The notes under the pieces are model-generated. The model was given only the letters and a program-made list of their open reading frames with translations. It ran no database searches and was not told the DNA's origin. Made by a program: the position numbers and the translations under genes. From the NCBI GenBank assembly GCA_035295165.1, contig DATGJN010000061.1, forward strand, positions 5,908 through 69,907: DNA of 64,000 nucleotides. Reading direction: 5' to 3'. Of this stretch, positions 54,957-63,832 are shown piece by piece. Within the stretch, counting starts at the first letter, position 1; every line of letters begins with the position of its first letter. The DNA comes from a bacterium. GTDB taxonomy: Bacteria; Sysuimicrobiota; Sysuimicrobiia; Sysuimicrobiales; Segetimicrobiaceae.

Positions 54957-55394
54957 GCTGGCGCCTCCTTGACGGCGAATTCGAAGCAACTACCGCACGA
55001 CAAATCGCGAGGAATACCTAGAAGCACGAGTGGCCTATTCTTCTGGACTGCACGCAAACCCTCTATCCCCGCCAGCGCGACTTGACGGATCCCTGGCGCT
55101 AGGTTGACCCGACATTCGGTGGTTCCTGCCGAACAACGCCGGAATCGCGCTCCGTCGGTCGTCAGGGCGCGGCCTCTAAATCTCCCCGCTGTCCACTTCT
55201 AGCCCGATCTCGCGAAGGTAGGTTGTAACCCGCCGCCTCGCGTACTCCCGGCCCCATTCCGTCCCGAGGATCACACCTCGCTGGACCGAGCAGTGGGTGG
55301 TGAGCGCGTTTACAATGCAGTGCGAAGGGTTGTCTGTGTGCCTCAAGGAAAACCACAATGGTAGATTCCCACAACCAGGTAGGTCGCCTCAGTA

Positions 55395-56651
55395 ATGGCT
55401 GATTCCACACACGATTCGTCGGTGCGCGACGTGAACGGGTCGCTCATGGCGCCGGCCGACGGTGAGGATGCCCGTCTGCTCCCTCTCAACAACCTGCTGC
55501 AACTTCTAACGAACTGCGCCTGGTACATCGGAACACCATTCATCCCGCTTTACCTCGTGTCGCATGGTGCGTCCGTCGGCGCCGTTGGGGCGGTCGCCGG
55601 ACTCTCCGGAATTGTGCCGTTCGCCGTGGCGCTCCACGTCGGCGGTCTTGTGGATGAGCGCGGCCCCACTATCGTTCTCGTGGGGTCGGTGTTGCTCTTT
55701 GGAGTCGGGGCGGCAATACTCACGGCATTTCATGGGATCGCCGAGGTCACCACCGCATATACGCTGTTGACCCTCGCCAACATCGGGCTTGCCGTGGCGT
55801 CGCAGGCCGTTGTCGCCAGCGCGAGCACCCCACTAACGCGCATCAGGAACTACGGCTACTACGCGGTTTCGTACTCCGCCGGCGCGGTCGTTGGCCCCGT
55901 GATCGGAGGGTTTCTGACGACTCGGTTGGGATATCCGGCGGCTTTCTTTGCGATGGCGCTGTTGATGTTGCCGTCACTGCTCGTAGCCTCGATGGTGCGA
56001 ATTGCTCGAGTTTCAGATCATCGAAGCATCGCCCTTAACGCCGTCCATACGGTCGTAGGCACAATTCTAAGAGAACGTGGGGTCGGGACGATCTTGTTCG
56101 TCTCTGGCATCATGAATTGTGCCCAGGCGCTGCAAAGTACCTTCTATCCACTCTACCTCTCAAACGTGGGCTTGACGGCGACATCGATCGGGGTGGCGAT
56201 TGCCGTCATAAGCCTGGCGTCGATGCCCGCTCGCATGCTTCTCGCGAGCGCCGTATCGCAGTTCGGGCAGACCGGTGCCTTAGTTGGTGCCATGATCCTA
56301 AGCGCTGTGGCGTTCGCGCTAACGCCGTTTGCACGGCAGTTTTGGCTCCTTCTAGGAGTGTCCGTTCTCATGGGTGCGAGCCTGGGCTTTACACAACCGC
56401 TGTCGATGAGCTTGCTCGCAGAGTTGGTGGTTCAACAGTTTTGGGGAACGGCGTTTGGAATTCGACAGAGCGTCCAGCGCTTGGCCAGCATCATCAGTCC
56501 GTTTGCATTCGGCGTGGTGAGCACGGCGCGGGGCGTTGAATCGGCGTTCTATCTCGGCACCGTCGTACTCTTGGGTGCTGCCGGCGTGGTTACAAGGGTA
56601 TCCCTTTGTCAGTCTCCTCATTTTGTGCGCCGGAGCAAGCAACCTCGATAG
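55395..56651 (+). CDS. MFS transporter
   Basis: 418 aa, about 12 TM segments. Confidence 0.8.
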   Translation: MADSTHDSSVRDVNGSLMAPADGEDARLLPLNNLLQLLTNCAWYIGTPFIPLYLVSHGASVGAVGAVAGLSGIVPFAVALHVGGLVDERGPTIVLVGSVLLFGVGAAILTAFHGIAEVTTAYTLLTLANIGLAVASQAVVASASTPLTRIRNYGYYAVSYSAGAVVGPVIGGFLTTRLGYPAAFFAMALLMLPSLLVASMVRIARVSDHRSIALNAVHTVVGTILRERGVGTILFVSGIMNCAQALQSTFYPLYLSNVGLTATSIGVAIAVISLASMPARMLLASAVSQFGQTGALVGAMILSAVAFALTPFARQFWLLLGVSVLMGASLGFTQPLSMSLLAELVVQQFWGTAFGIRQSVQRLASIISPFAFGVVSTARGVESAFYLGTVVLLGAAGVVTRVSLCQSPHFVRRSKQPR

Positions 56652-56818
56652 CAGGCAGGCGTAGCTCAGGAGTCTATCGGGTAGCCAAGAGCCCGTTGAC
56701 ATTGTCGGGTTCCACGGGGGTGCGAGAGTTGTGGTCTTTCTCTAGGTGGAACGGTGGCAAATCAGTGGAGATCGTGCAGCATGGCGGGCAAGACACCCAT
56801 CCCGAGGTGTGGCAACGC

Positions 56819-56910
56819 ATGGGCAGAGGCCGCGCTGAGAACCTGAAACCGTGGCCGAAGCGAACGTCTGGCAATCCCAACGGCCGTCCGCCAGCGCCGC
56901 CGTCCACGCC
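56819..56910 (+). pseudogene. Remnant of a DUF5681-type (phage-associated) protein N-terminus
   Basis: MGRGRAENLKPWPKRTSGNPNGRP matches the NL-P-(W/F)-KPG-SGNP-GRP motif. The downstream sequence is Arg/Pro-rich and not protein-like. Confidence 0.35.
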
Positions 56911-57553
56911 GCCGCGGCGTCAGCGAGATAGAACACCCGCATCGTCGGTGTCTACGACGCGCCGCTGGCCCCTCTGCTCGGAGGCGCCTGGCTCGTCGTC
57001 TGCCGTCGTCCAGCGCAGCTCTGGCGGCGTCTACGCGCGGGGTCCGAAACGCCGACGGGCCGGGAGATCAGCTCCCGATCGGGCAGCGCGATCCGAGTCC
57101 GGCCCAGCGCCTCGGGGTAAGCCCCAGGACCGTCGCCCGACTCATGGGTCGAAAGGGTAGTGCCTGCGGCCCCACAGAAAGCCTGGAACACGCAGGGGTG
57201 TGACCGCCGCGGGCGGGGTAGGCGAAGGGGTCCCCTTCCTTCCCGGAGGCCGATCATGTCGCATGACGACCGACGGCGTTTCGTGTGGGACCAGGTGAGT
57301 CCGGCAGATCCCGATAATTATCTTACGGAACCCACGTGGTCTGGCGCCTCATCCGCGCGTGCGTCTCGCTACTGGTTGGCACGCGCTCCCGGCCGCCGAC
57401 ATCGGCCGAGGCCTACGGGGCAGGCAGCGACGGACGACCCGCGGATGGGGCACATACACGAAGGCAGCCGCACTGCAACCGCCTGCAAGTCGATCTCAGC
57501 GGTTGAGATCCTGACGATGTTGTGCGCATAGTCAGGGGAGGTGGAAGAGGCGC

Positions 57554-58225
57554 GTGTGCGTGATGGTCAGGTACGCAGCGGCCCGGTGGTTCTCCCGGAG
57601 GATTCTCAGACTCGGGTTCGGACTGACGGTCACGGGCGAGCGGCACATCCCCCGAAGAGGCCCGATCATCCTCGCCCCAAACCACAGAAGCGACATCGAC
57701 GCGGTGGTGCTGGGGGCGGCTGTGCCGCGCCGCTGTACCTTCCTCGCCGCGGCGGAACTGCTCACGAGGCCTGTCCTCGGAAGGCTGATTGGCCTGTTTC
57801 CCGTCGTGCCGATCAGACGCGGAGGGTTCGACCGCCGCGCGATCGAGGACTGCCTTGCACGCCTCGACCGCGGCGAGGCGCTTGTAATCTTCCCGGAAGG
57901 CAATATCCGCGCCGACGGAAGCCTTCAGCGCGCCCAAGACGGCATGGCATTCGTGGCGGCCCGGGCCCATGCCGCGATCATCCCGGTGGGGATCGCGGGG
58001 ACACATAAGGTGTGGCCGTCGGGAACGACCTGGCCTCGCCGCGGGAGGATCGCCGTTCGCATTGGCGAGCCCATCGCCCCGCCGGAGGCGCCGTCGAGAC
58101 ACGAGCAATCGGCGCTGACCGCGCGCGTGATGGAAGCGATCGCGCGGCTGGCGTATGACGCCGCGGCTGCACAACGAGGTTCCAGCCGCGGTAGTCGGAA
58201 GGGCCGACTAGCGCCGCTGTGGTAG
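57554..58225 (+). CDS. Lysophospholipid (1-acyl-sn-glycerol-3-phosphate) acyltransferase family protein
   Basis: ...[15 protein letters not shown] (HX4D block)...LVIFPEGN...IIPVGI. Start uncertain (GTG 57554, GTG 57560 or ATG 57563). Confidence 0.8.
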   Translation: MCVMVRYAAARWFSRRILRLGFGLTVTGERHIPRRGPIILAPNHRSDIDAVVLGAAVPRRCTFLAAAELLTRPVLGRLIGLFPVVPIRRGGFDRRAIEDCLARLDRGEALVIFPEGNIRADGSLQRAQDGMAFVAARAHAAIIPVGIAGTHKVWPSGTTWPRRGRIAVRIGEPIAPPEAPSRHEQSALTARVMEAIARLAYDAAAAQRGSSRGSRKGRLAPLW

Positions 58226-58617
58226 TTTTGTGCCTGTGATCGCGGAGTCGCCACACCTGTTGCCTTCGTCGAGCTTCGCCTTGTCGCTGAAGCCGAGCGT
58301 CGCATACCTCGTCTTGAACTTCTGCCCGCTCTGGAAGAAGCCGACGATCTGGGTGTCCGTGGCATACGCGGGCATCCCGTACCAGGTCCTCAGCGAGAGG
58401 ACGGGCGCGCTGGCCTCGATGATCGCATGCAGCCGCTCCGCCATGACGCGATCCGGCGCCGACATCGCGGCGATCTTCGCGAGCACGGCGCGTTCCCCGT
58501 CCGTCTTGCTCGCGCCCGCCTTCAGCTCTTGGGCGCGCTTCTCATCGCGGCCCGTTCCTCGTTCGTGAACTTGGCGGATGTCTGGGCACGCTTCTTTGCA
58601 GCTTTCTTCTCAGCCAT
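58208..58617 (-). pseudogene. DUF1801 (YdhG-like) protein with a frameshift near 58545
   Basis: Frame a: [25 protein letters not shown]...*. Frame b continues ...[43 protein letters not shown]...GMPAYA...[20 protein letters not shown]. Confidence 0.65.
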
Positions 58618-58802
58618 AGGTCACGCCTTCAAGGAGGGCGTATCTCCATCTGTTATTTATCACTTAGGTGCTCCCTGAGCACCGGGAACCCGCGGGCTCC
58701 CGGATGCAGCTGTGGCAGGGATAACTTTTAGGCCCGCATAAACATTGATGTCATAACGACGTCGACCTCGAATCGATCCGCGTAGACTGGGCGGCGTCCA
58801 CG

Positions 58803-59279
58803 TCAGCCCCGCCGCGCTGCTTCGATGGTGGCGATGTCGATCTTCTTCATCGGCATCATCGCCTCGAAGGCACGCTTTGCCTCACCGCCACCAGCTGCAA
58901 GCGCCTCGGTTAGCGCGCGCGGCGTGATCTGCCAGGATAGCCCCCAACGGTCCTTGCACCAACCGCACTGACTTTCCTTGCCGCCATTGCCGACGATCGC
59001 GTTCCAGTAGCGGTCCGTCTCTTCCTGGTTGTCTGTCGCGATCTGGAAGGAAAAGGCCTCGCTGTGCCTGAATTCCTGGCCGCCGTTGAGACCGAGACAG
59101 GGAATGCCCAGAACGGTAAACTCCACGGTCAGTACGTCGCCCTCCTTGCCGCCCGGGTAGTTACTGGGAGCTTCGTGAACAGCGGTCACTTCACTATCCG
59201 GAAAGGTGGCAGCGTAGAAGCGCGCCGCCTCATGCGCGTCCTTGTCGAACCAGAGGCAGATCGTGTTCTTTGGCTTCAT
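58803..59279 (-). CDS. VOC-family protein (PhnB / 3-demethylubiquinone-9 3-methyltransferase-domain type)
   Basis: ATG at 59279. MKPKNTICLWFDKDAHEAARFYAATFPDS...LGLNGG......CGWCKDRWGLSWQI. Confidence 0.8.
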   Translation of the reverse strand: MKPKNTICLWFDKDAHEAARFYAATFPDSEVTAVHEAPSNYPGGKEGDVLTVEFTVLGIPCLGLNGGQEFRHSEAFSFQIATDNQEETDRYWNAIVGNGGKESQCGWCKDRWGLSWQITPRALTEALAAGGGEAKRAFEAMMPMKKIDIATIEAARRG

Positions 59280-59568
59280 GTTCGTATGCTCCTTGTGCGC
59301 GATCAGGGCGAACGCCGCGATCTCTGCGTCGAACGCATTGGGCGAATCCGCCGCCGAGGCATCGTTAGCGGAGCTTTCCATTTTGACGCCTGTACTCCTC
59401 TCATCAAAGGTGCCCACCCGGCTTCTCCATCCGGGGCCTGTCCCCAAAGCTCGTCCTCTTGAGCTGGGTGCATCGCTGCATGCGCCTCTCACATGCTGCG
59501 TCAAATTCGCTCGCCAACGCTACTGCTACCCCCAGGTGCCTCGGAAATGCGTTTTCGGTCATCAACGT

Positions 59569-59601
59569 GCCCGATAGACGACCGATAGATGCCCGATAGA
59601 T
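59569..59601. repeat. Three tandem 11-nt repeats G(C/A)CCGATAGA(C/T)
   Basis: GCCCGATAGAC GACCGATAGAT GCCCGATAGAT, followed by CTAAGGTCACA CTAAGGTGTG (59607-59627). Confidence 0.8.
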
Positions 59602-59795
59602 GCCCCCTAAGGTCACACTAAGGTGTGCCGCGGTCATGTTCTAATGTCCCCTCCGAAGTCGAACCTCACGACTGGGCGATCCTCCACCACCTCGAACTGT
59701 CTCATCTGGCTCGACGCTGTCCTCGACAGCGCCCGCTCTCCATCTCATGCTGGCAGCTGTGATCTTGCCGAGCTCTTCGCTCGTCCAGGCGTCCA

Positions 59796-59885
59796 TCAGA
59801 GCTCCACCATGACCTTGATCGCTTCGCGGTCGTTCATCGCGCGGTAGCCGTCGGGCACTTCGTCGAGGCCGCCCCCATCGTTCGT
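59796..59885 (-). pseudogene. Probable C-terminal fragment of a zinc-type alcohol dehydrogenase
   Basis: ...GLDEVPDGYRAMNDREAIKVMVEL* resembles MDR-family C-termini. Nothing recognisable lies upstream. Confidence 0.35.
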
Positions 59886-60032
59886 GGAGGTACTCGCCGC
59901 CCCCCCACCACCGGCGGAGTGTGCCTCGTCGAGGTGGAGGGCCTCCCGCGGCGACCGACTACGGCTCCAGCTCACGGGCGCCGCGCTCCCGGACCTGGTG
60001 GCGCTCAGCCGGGTCGTCTGGGGACGCGGGGC

Positions 60033-60135
60033 GTGATCCAGATCACGCCGCAGATGCGGATTCTGGTGGCGGTCGAGGCGGTCGATTTCCGGAAGGGGAT
60101 CGACGCGCTGGCCAGGCTGCGCCGGGAGCACCTCC
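60033..60135 (+). mobile_element. N-terminal fragment of an IS66-family accessory protein TnpB (Orf2)
   Basis: VIQITPQMRILVAVEAVDFRKGIDALARLRRE matches the IS66 Orf2 start (..RI.VA.EPVDFRKGIDGLA.LCR). Similarity ends after about 32 aa. No transposase gene follows. Confidence 0.55.
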
Positions 60136-60201
60136 GCGCTCAAGGACGTGCTGGGCTACCTTGGCGGCCGCCCGAGCTCGACGGGGAGTCCATAGTGCCC
60201 C

Positions 60202-61872
60202 CTACGACTCCTCGGTCCATCGGACCCGAAGCGCCTCAAGATTGGGCACGATCAGGGTTGGTACCAAGCGGCCCACCGGAGTCTTCCTTCCGTTTCCCGT
60301 AAGCACCAGCGCGGTGCGGATCCCTGCGGCGAGGCCAGCGGCCACATCGGTCTCAACGGTGTCCCCAACGATGAGAATCTCGTCTCCGCACAGACCTAAC
60401 CGGGACGCGGCGAGCTCAACGATAAACGCATTCGGCTTTCCGACGACCGTTGCACGCCGGCCGCTCGCCATCTCCAGGAAGGCAAGTACCGGTCCGCAAT
60501 CCGGGAGGGGTCCCTCGGGCGTCGGCAGCACCGCATCGGCGTTGGTCCCAATGAGCTCCGCCCCCCGGAGGAGACACCGTGTGGCCTCAGCGAGCCCCGA
60601 GAGACACAGCGCCGAGTCGTATCCCACGACGACGTATTCAGCCTCGGAAGATTCCACAAGGCCCGCAGAGAGGAGCTCATCCTTGAGCGCCGCGCTCCCC
60701 AGAATCAGGCACCTTGCTGATTGATTGCGGCGCCGAAGGTACTGCGCGGTCGCCATCGCCGACGTAACAATGTCCTGTTCCGGAATGGGCACCCCCAACC
60801 CCCGCAGCTTCTCCGCGTAGTCTTTGGATGACCCCCCAGAGTGGTTGGTCAGGGCCACCACCCGTCGCCCAGTGTCTCGCAAGAACGAAAGAAACTCCCG
60901 GGCCCCCGGAAGGAGCATGGTCCCTTCGTAGACGACCCCGTCCAGGTCAAGGATGACTCCGCGGACACCGGCCAGTGGACGCGCCGCGTGGCTCCGCATT
61001 ACAGCGATGGGAGGAGCTCCGGCCCCAGCGGCTCGAGTTGGCGCGTTGTCTTGCGACAGCCAGTGATGATCCAGTTGCTTGATGGGCAGGGACAGCGTGA
61101 GTCGATCTCGTCCGTAGACTTGCAGGTGAAGGCCTTCGTGACTGGCATCAAGCGTCGCCCAGGCGCCCGCGGGCTCCGGGTAGGTGGTAAACGTCTCCGT
61201 CAATGCCTGAATGGTCACATAGGGAATGCCGTCGATGATATTCAGGGCGTTCCAATGCACGTGCCCGGCCACGACCATGACCACCTTGTGGCTACGTTGG
61301 ACAATCTCGCGCGCGAGCACGGCGTTCTTGTAGCCAGCAGCGCCCCGCGGGCTGGTTTCGAAGTAGTAGTTGCCCACCATCGAGCCGTCGTCGAACGGGA
61401 CGTGAGTGAAGATGATGCTCGGACGATCGGTCGCGGCAAGGTCGGCCTCGAGCCAAGTGAGATCGTCTCCCCCAATTGCGTGCACCCCGTCGGCACCGGA
61501 GAGGTTGTTGGGATACCAGAACACCAGATGCCAACCCTGTAGGTCCAGCGTCCGGGACCGTAGCGCCATACCAAGCATGGCCTCGGAGTCTGCGACGGAC
61601 AGATTGACTTGATCGTGGTTTCCAAGCAAGTGCACTCGCGGGACACGCAGTGCGAGAAAGCGGGCGGCCACCTCGCCGAGCAGGCAGAGGTCGGTGGCAC
61701 GGTGTTGATCGCTGATCCGGTCTCCGAGATCGACGACGAGATCGGGCTGTTGCTCATTGGCCGTCCGCACGAAGGCTTCCAGCAACTTCAGCGCCAGCGG
61801 CCCCGCCTTCGTCTGTGTGAATCGGCCGTGGTGGATGTCAGCGACCAGGGCTAGGCGTAAGGGGCCTCGCAT
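60202..61872 (-). CDS. Fusion protein: calcineurin-like metallophosphoesterase (N-terminal) + HAD-IIA phosphatase (NagD/PNPase-like, C-terminal)
   Basis: ATG at 61872 after GGGAGGA. LRLALVADIHHG...DLGDRISD...LLGNHD...VAGHVHWN. Then ...GVILDLDGVVYEG...ALTNHS...VGKPN...IVGDTVETDVAAG. Confidence 0.8.
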   Translation of the reverse strand: MRGPLRLALVADIHHGRFTQTKAGPLALKLLEAFVRTANEQQPDLVVDLGDRISDQHRATDLCLLGEVAARFLALRVPRVHLLGNHDQVNLSVADSEAMLGMALRSRTLDLQGWHLVFWYPNNLSGADGVHAIGGDDLTWLEADLAATDRPSIIFTHVPFDDGSMVGNYYFETSPRGAAGYKNAVLAREIVQRSHKVVMVVAGHVHWNALNIIDGIPYVTIQALTETFTTYPEPAGAWATLDASHEGLHLQVYGRDRLTLSLPIKQLDHHWLSQDNAPTRAAGAGAPPIAVMRSHAARPLAGVRGVILDLDGVVYEGTMLLPGAREFLSFLRDTGRRVVALTNHSGGSSKDYAEKLRGLGVPIPEQDIVTSAMATAQYLRRRNQSARCLILGSAALKDELLSAGLVESSEAEYVVVGYDSALCLSGLAEATRCLLRGAELIGTNADAVLPTPEGPLPDCGPVLAFLEMASGRRATVVGKPNAFIVELAASRLGLCGDEILIVGDTVETDVAAGLAAGIRTALVLTGNGRKTPVGRLVPTLIVPNLEALRVRWTEES

Positions 61873-61894
61873 ACTTCCTCCCGTGATGGGGATG

Positions 61895-62800
61895 TCAAAT
61901 TCGTCGTTCCTCAATGATGGCGTTGGTACGTTCCAGGGTCGCGAGCGCGCGTTCGAGGCGGCGGCTAGCGATCGAGACGTAGAGCACGTCGATCACGGAC
62001 AGATGCGCGATCCGTGAAGCCATGGCTTCGACTCTAAAGGCGGTTTCGGCCGTGGCGGTTACCAGCACGATGTTCGCGACCTCTCGAATGGGCGTGCGAA
62101 GAAACGAGGTCAGGACGATGACCGTGGCGCCGCGTGCGCGCGCTAGGCGAGCCGTCTCCAGAGTCTCCCTGGTGCGTCCCGTGTGCGAGATCACCAGGGC
62201 GACGTCCCTCGACTCAAGAAGTGCGGCGCTGACCGCCTGCATGTGGGAGTCGGTGACGACCGCGACGCGGAGGCCAATCCGCAGAAACCGGTAATACGCG
62301 TCCACCGCGATGGGAGCACTTGATCCGACCCCATAGATCTCGATTCGGCGTGCCGAATTCAGGACCGCCACCGCTCGGTTCAGTGCGCGTTCGTCCAACA
62401 ATTCCAGGGTTTGGGCGATGGCCTGCATATCGGCGCGAAACACCTTCCGGGCAATCTGCATCGGCGTATCGCTCGCTCGCACTTCCTCGAACACGACAGC
62501 CGGCGATCGACCCATCTCCACCGCGAGCGCGATCTTGAAATCCTTGTAGCCGGCGAAGCCGAGGCTCTGGCAGAAGCGAAGCACCGTTGCGGTGCTGACG
62601 CCTGCGCGCCGGGCTACCGCTTCGATCCCCAGGGGAATCGCGTCGGCCGGAGCGGTCAAGATCAACGCCGCCACAGTGGCCTCTGAGTGCGTCAGGCTAG
62701 GCTGGACGCTGCGGATCCTCGCCAACACCGCCCGATTGGAGGTTGCGCGGTCCTCCGTGCGACCAACCGATGATGCATTGTGCATTGGCGACCCTTTCAT
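61895..62800 (-). CDS. MurR/RpiR family transcriptional regulator (HTH + SIS domain)
   Basis: ...IEAVARRAGVSTATVLRFCQSLGFAGYKDFK...IEIYGVGSSAPIA...VALVISHTGRTRE. Start uncertain (62800 or 62785). Confidence 0.85.
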   Translation of the reverse strand: MKGSPMHNASSVGRTEDRATSNRAVLARIRSVQPSLTHSEATVAALILTAPADAIPLGIEAVARRAGVSTATVLRFCQSLGFAGYKDFKIALAVEMGRSPAVVFEEVRASDTPMQIARKVFRADMQAIAQTLELLDERALNRAVAVLNSARRIEIYGVGSSAPIAVDAYYRFLRIGLRVAVVTDSHMQAVSAALLESRDVALVISHTGRTRETLETARLARARGATVIVLTSFLRTPIREVANIVLVTATAETAFRVEAMASRIAHLSVIDVLYVSIASRRLERALATLERTNAIIEERRI

Positions 62801-62929
62801 CGTGACGTGGGCGAGGCCCTGACACCCGCACATCGCCTGGGCGGGACCGAACCCGGCGCACCGGAGCGCGCGCTCGGCCCTCCCGGGGCGCATGAGCAGA
62901 GATCTCAAACCGGCGACTTTCCCTCTGCC

Positions 62930-63832
62930 TCACAGGTTGACGAGACCGTCCTCCGGCCACTCCCGCTTCGCATGAAAGTTGTAGGGGATGAGCAGATCTT
63001 GCAGCACGGCATTCGCCCAGCGAGCACAGGTGTACGATTTCCTCGTGCGAATTAACGTCAGCGGATCGACCGCGTGGTCGAATTGCGTGTACTCGGTCCA
63101 TCCACCAGGGAACCGAGAGGGCCAAGCGCGCTTTCGCGGATGTTCCGACATGCGTCCACCGCGGAGGGCCGCGTCAAAGTCACGGCGCAGGACCGTGCGC
63201 ACGTCATTCATGTGCTCCCACGACGCGGGCAGCGAACCGTGTTTGCCCCACTGGACGCAGACTACTGGACGTGCCGCCATCGACACATCTTCCGCGAGGA
63301 TGCGCCCGTGAAAATACGTCGTCACGCCAACCGGCGCAACCTCCGGCGGCCGGTACCGGACCCAGACCACCTCGTGGTCGCAGGGTTCATTATCATCAGG
63401 GTAATCCCAATCATCCTCCCAAAACAGATGGTATGCGACGACCGGGTCGACCGGATGGTGGATCGCTGCACAATCGACCAACGGGAACCACTCGGCGCTC
63501 GTGGTCATCAACCGCGGGCAGAGGATTTCGATCGCCTGCCTCTGCCGGTCGTTGAGCGGATGCGGCGGATCGCGGCGGTTGACCTCCGCGTACAAGACGG
63601 CGGCCTCGTTGAGGCGCCCGACGTTGTGCAGTAGCATCGCGAGTTGCTCCAGGCAGCGAAGGTCGGCGGGATCCATCTCGACCACGGCGCGGAGCGTCGC
63701 AATCGTCGCTTCGATGACTGGATCGTCTTCGGTTCTGCGCTCGTCCCAGCGGACCGCCGCAGCCGCTTTCAACAGGGCATGCGCGGCGGCGCACAAATGC
63801 GCGCGGGCGTCAGCTACGGCCGGGTTAGACAT
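62930..63832 (-). CDS. Hypothetical protein, unknown function
   Basis: 300-aa ORF. Helical N-terminus, acidic Trp-rich core ...VVAYHLFWEDDWDYPDDNEPCDHEVVWVRYRP... The start overlaps by 8 nt (ATGTCTAA) an upstream ORF that runs off the right edge. Confidence 0.6.
   Translation of the reverse strand: MSNPAVADARAHLCAAAHALLKAAAAVRWDERRTEDDPVIEATIATLRAVVEMDPADLRCLEQLAMLLHNVGRLNEAAVLYAEVNRRDPPHPLNDRQRQAIEILCPRLMTTSAEWFPLVDCAAIHHPVDPVVAYHLFWEDDWDYPDDNEPCDHEVVWVRYRPPEVAPVGVTTYFHGRILAEDVSMAARPVVCVQWGKHGSLPASWEHMNDVRTVLRRDFDAALRGGRMSEHPRKRAWPSRFPGGWTEYTQFDHAVDPLTLIRTRKSYTCARWANAVLQDLLIPYNFHAKREWPEDGLVNL

Noticed and set aside
55162-55410. Small minus-strand ORFs (82 aa and 60 aa) between glsB and the MFS gene
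   Set aside because: They have no start-site support and no recognisable motif, and they overlap each other in different frames. They could be yet another gene fragment, but I cannot support a call.
56651-56730. Possible tRNA (GCGTAGCTCAGGAG resembles a D-arm)
   Set aside because: There is no matching GAGC closing at the proper distance, no 7-nt anticodon loop and no T arm. The resemblance is by chance.
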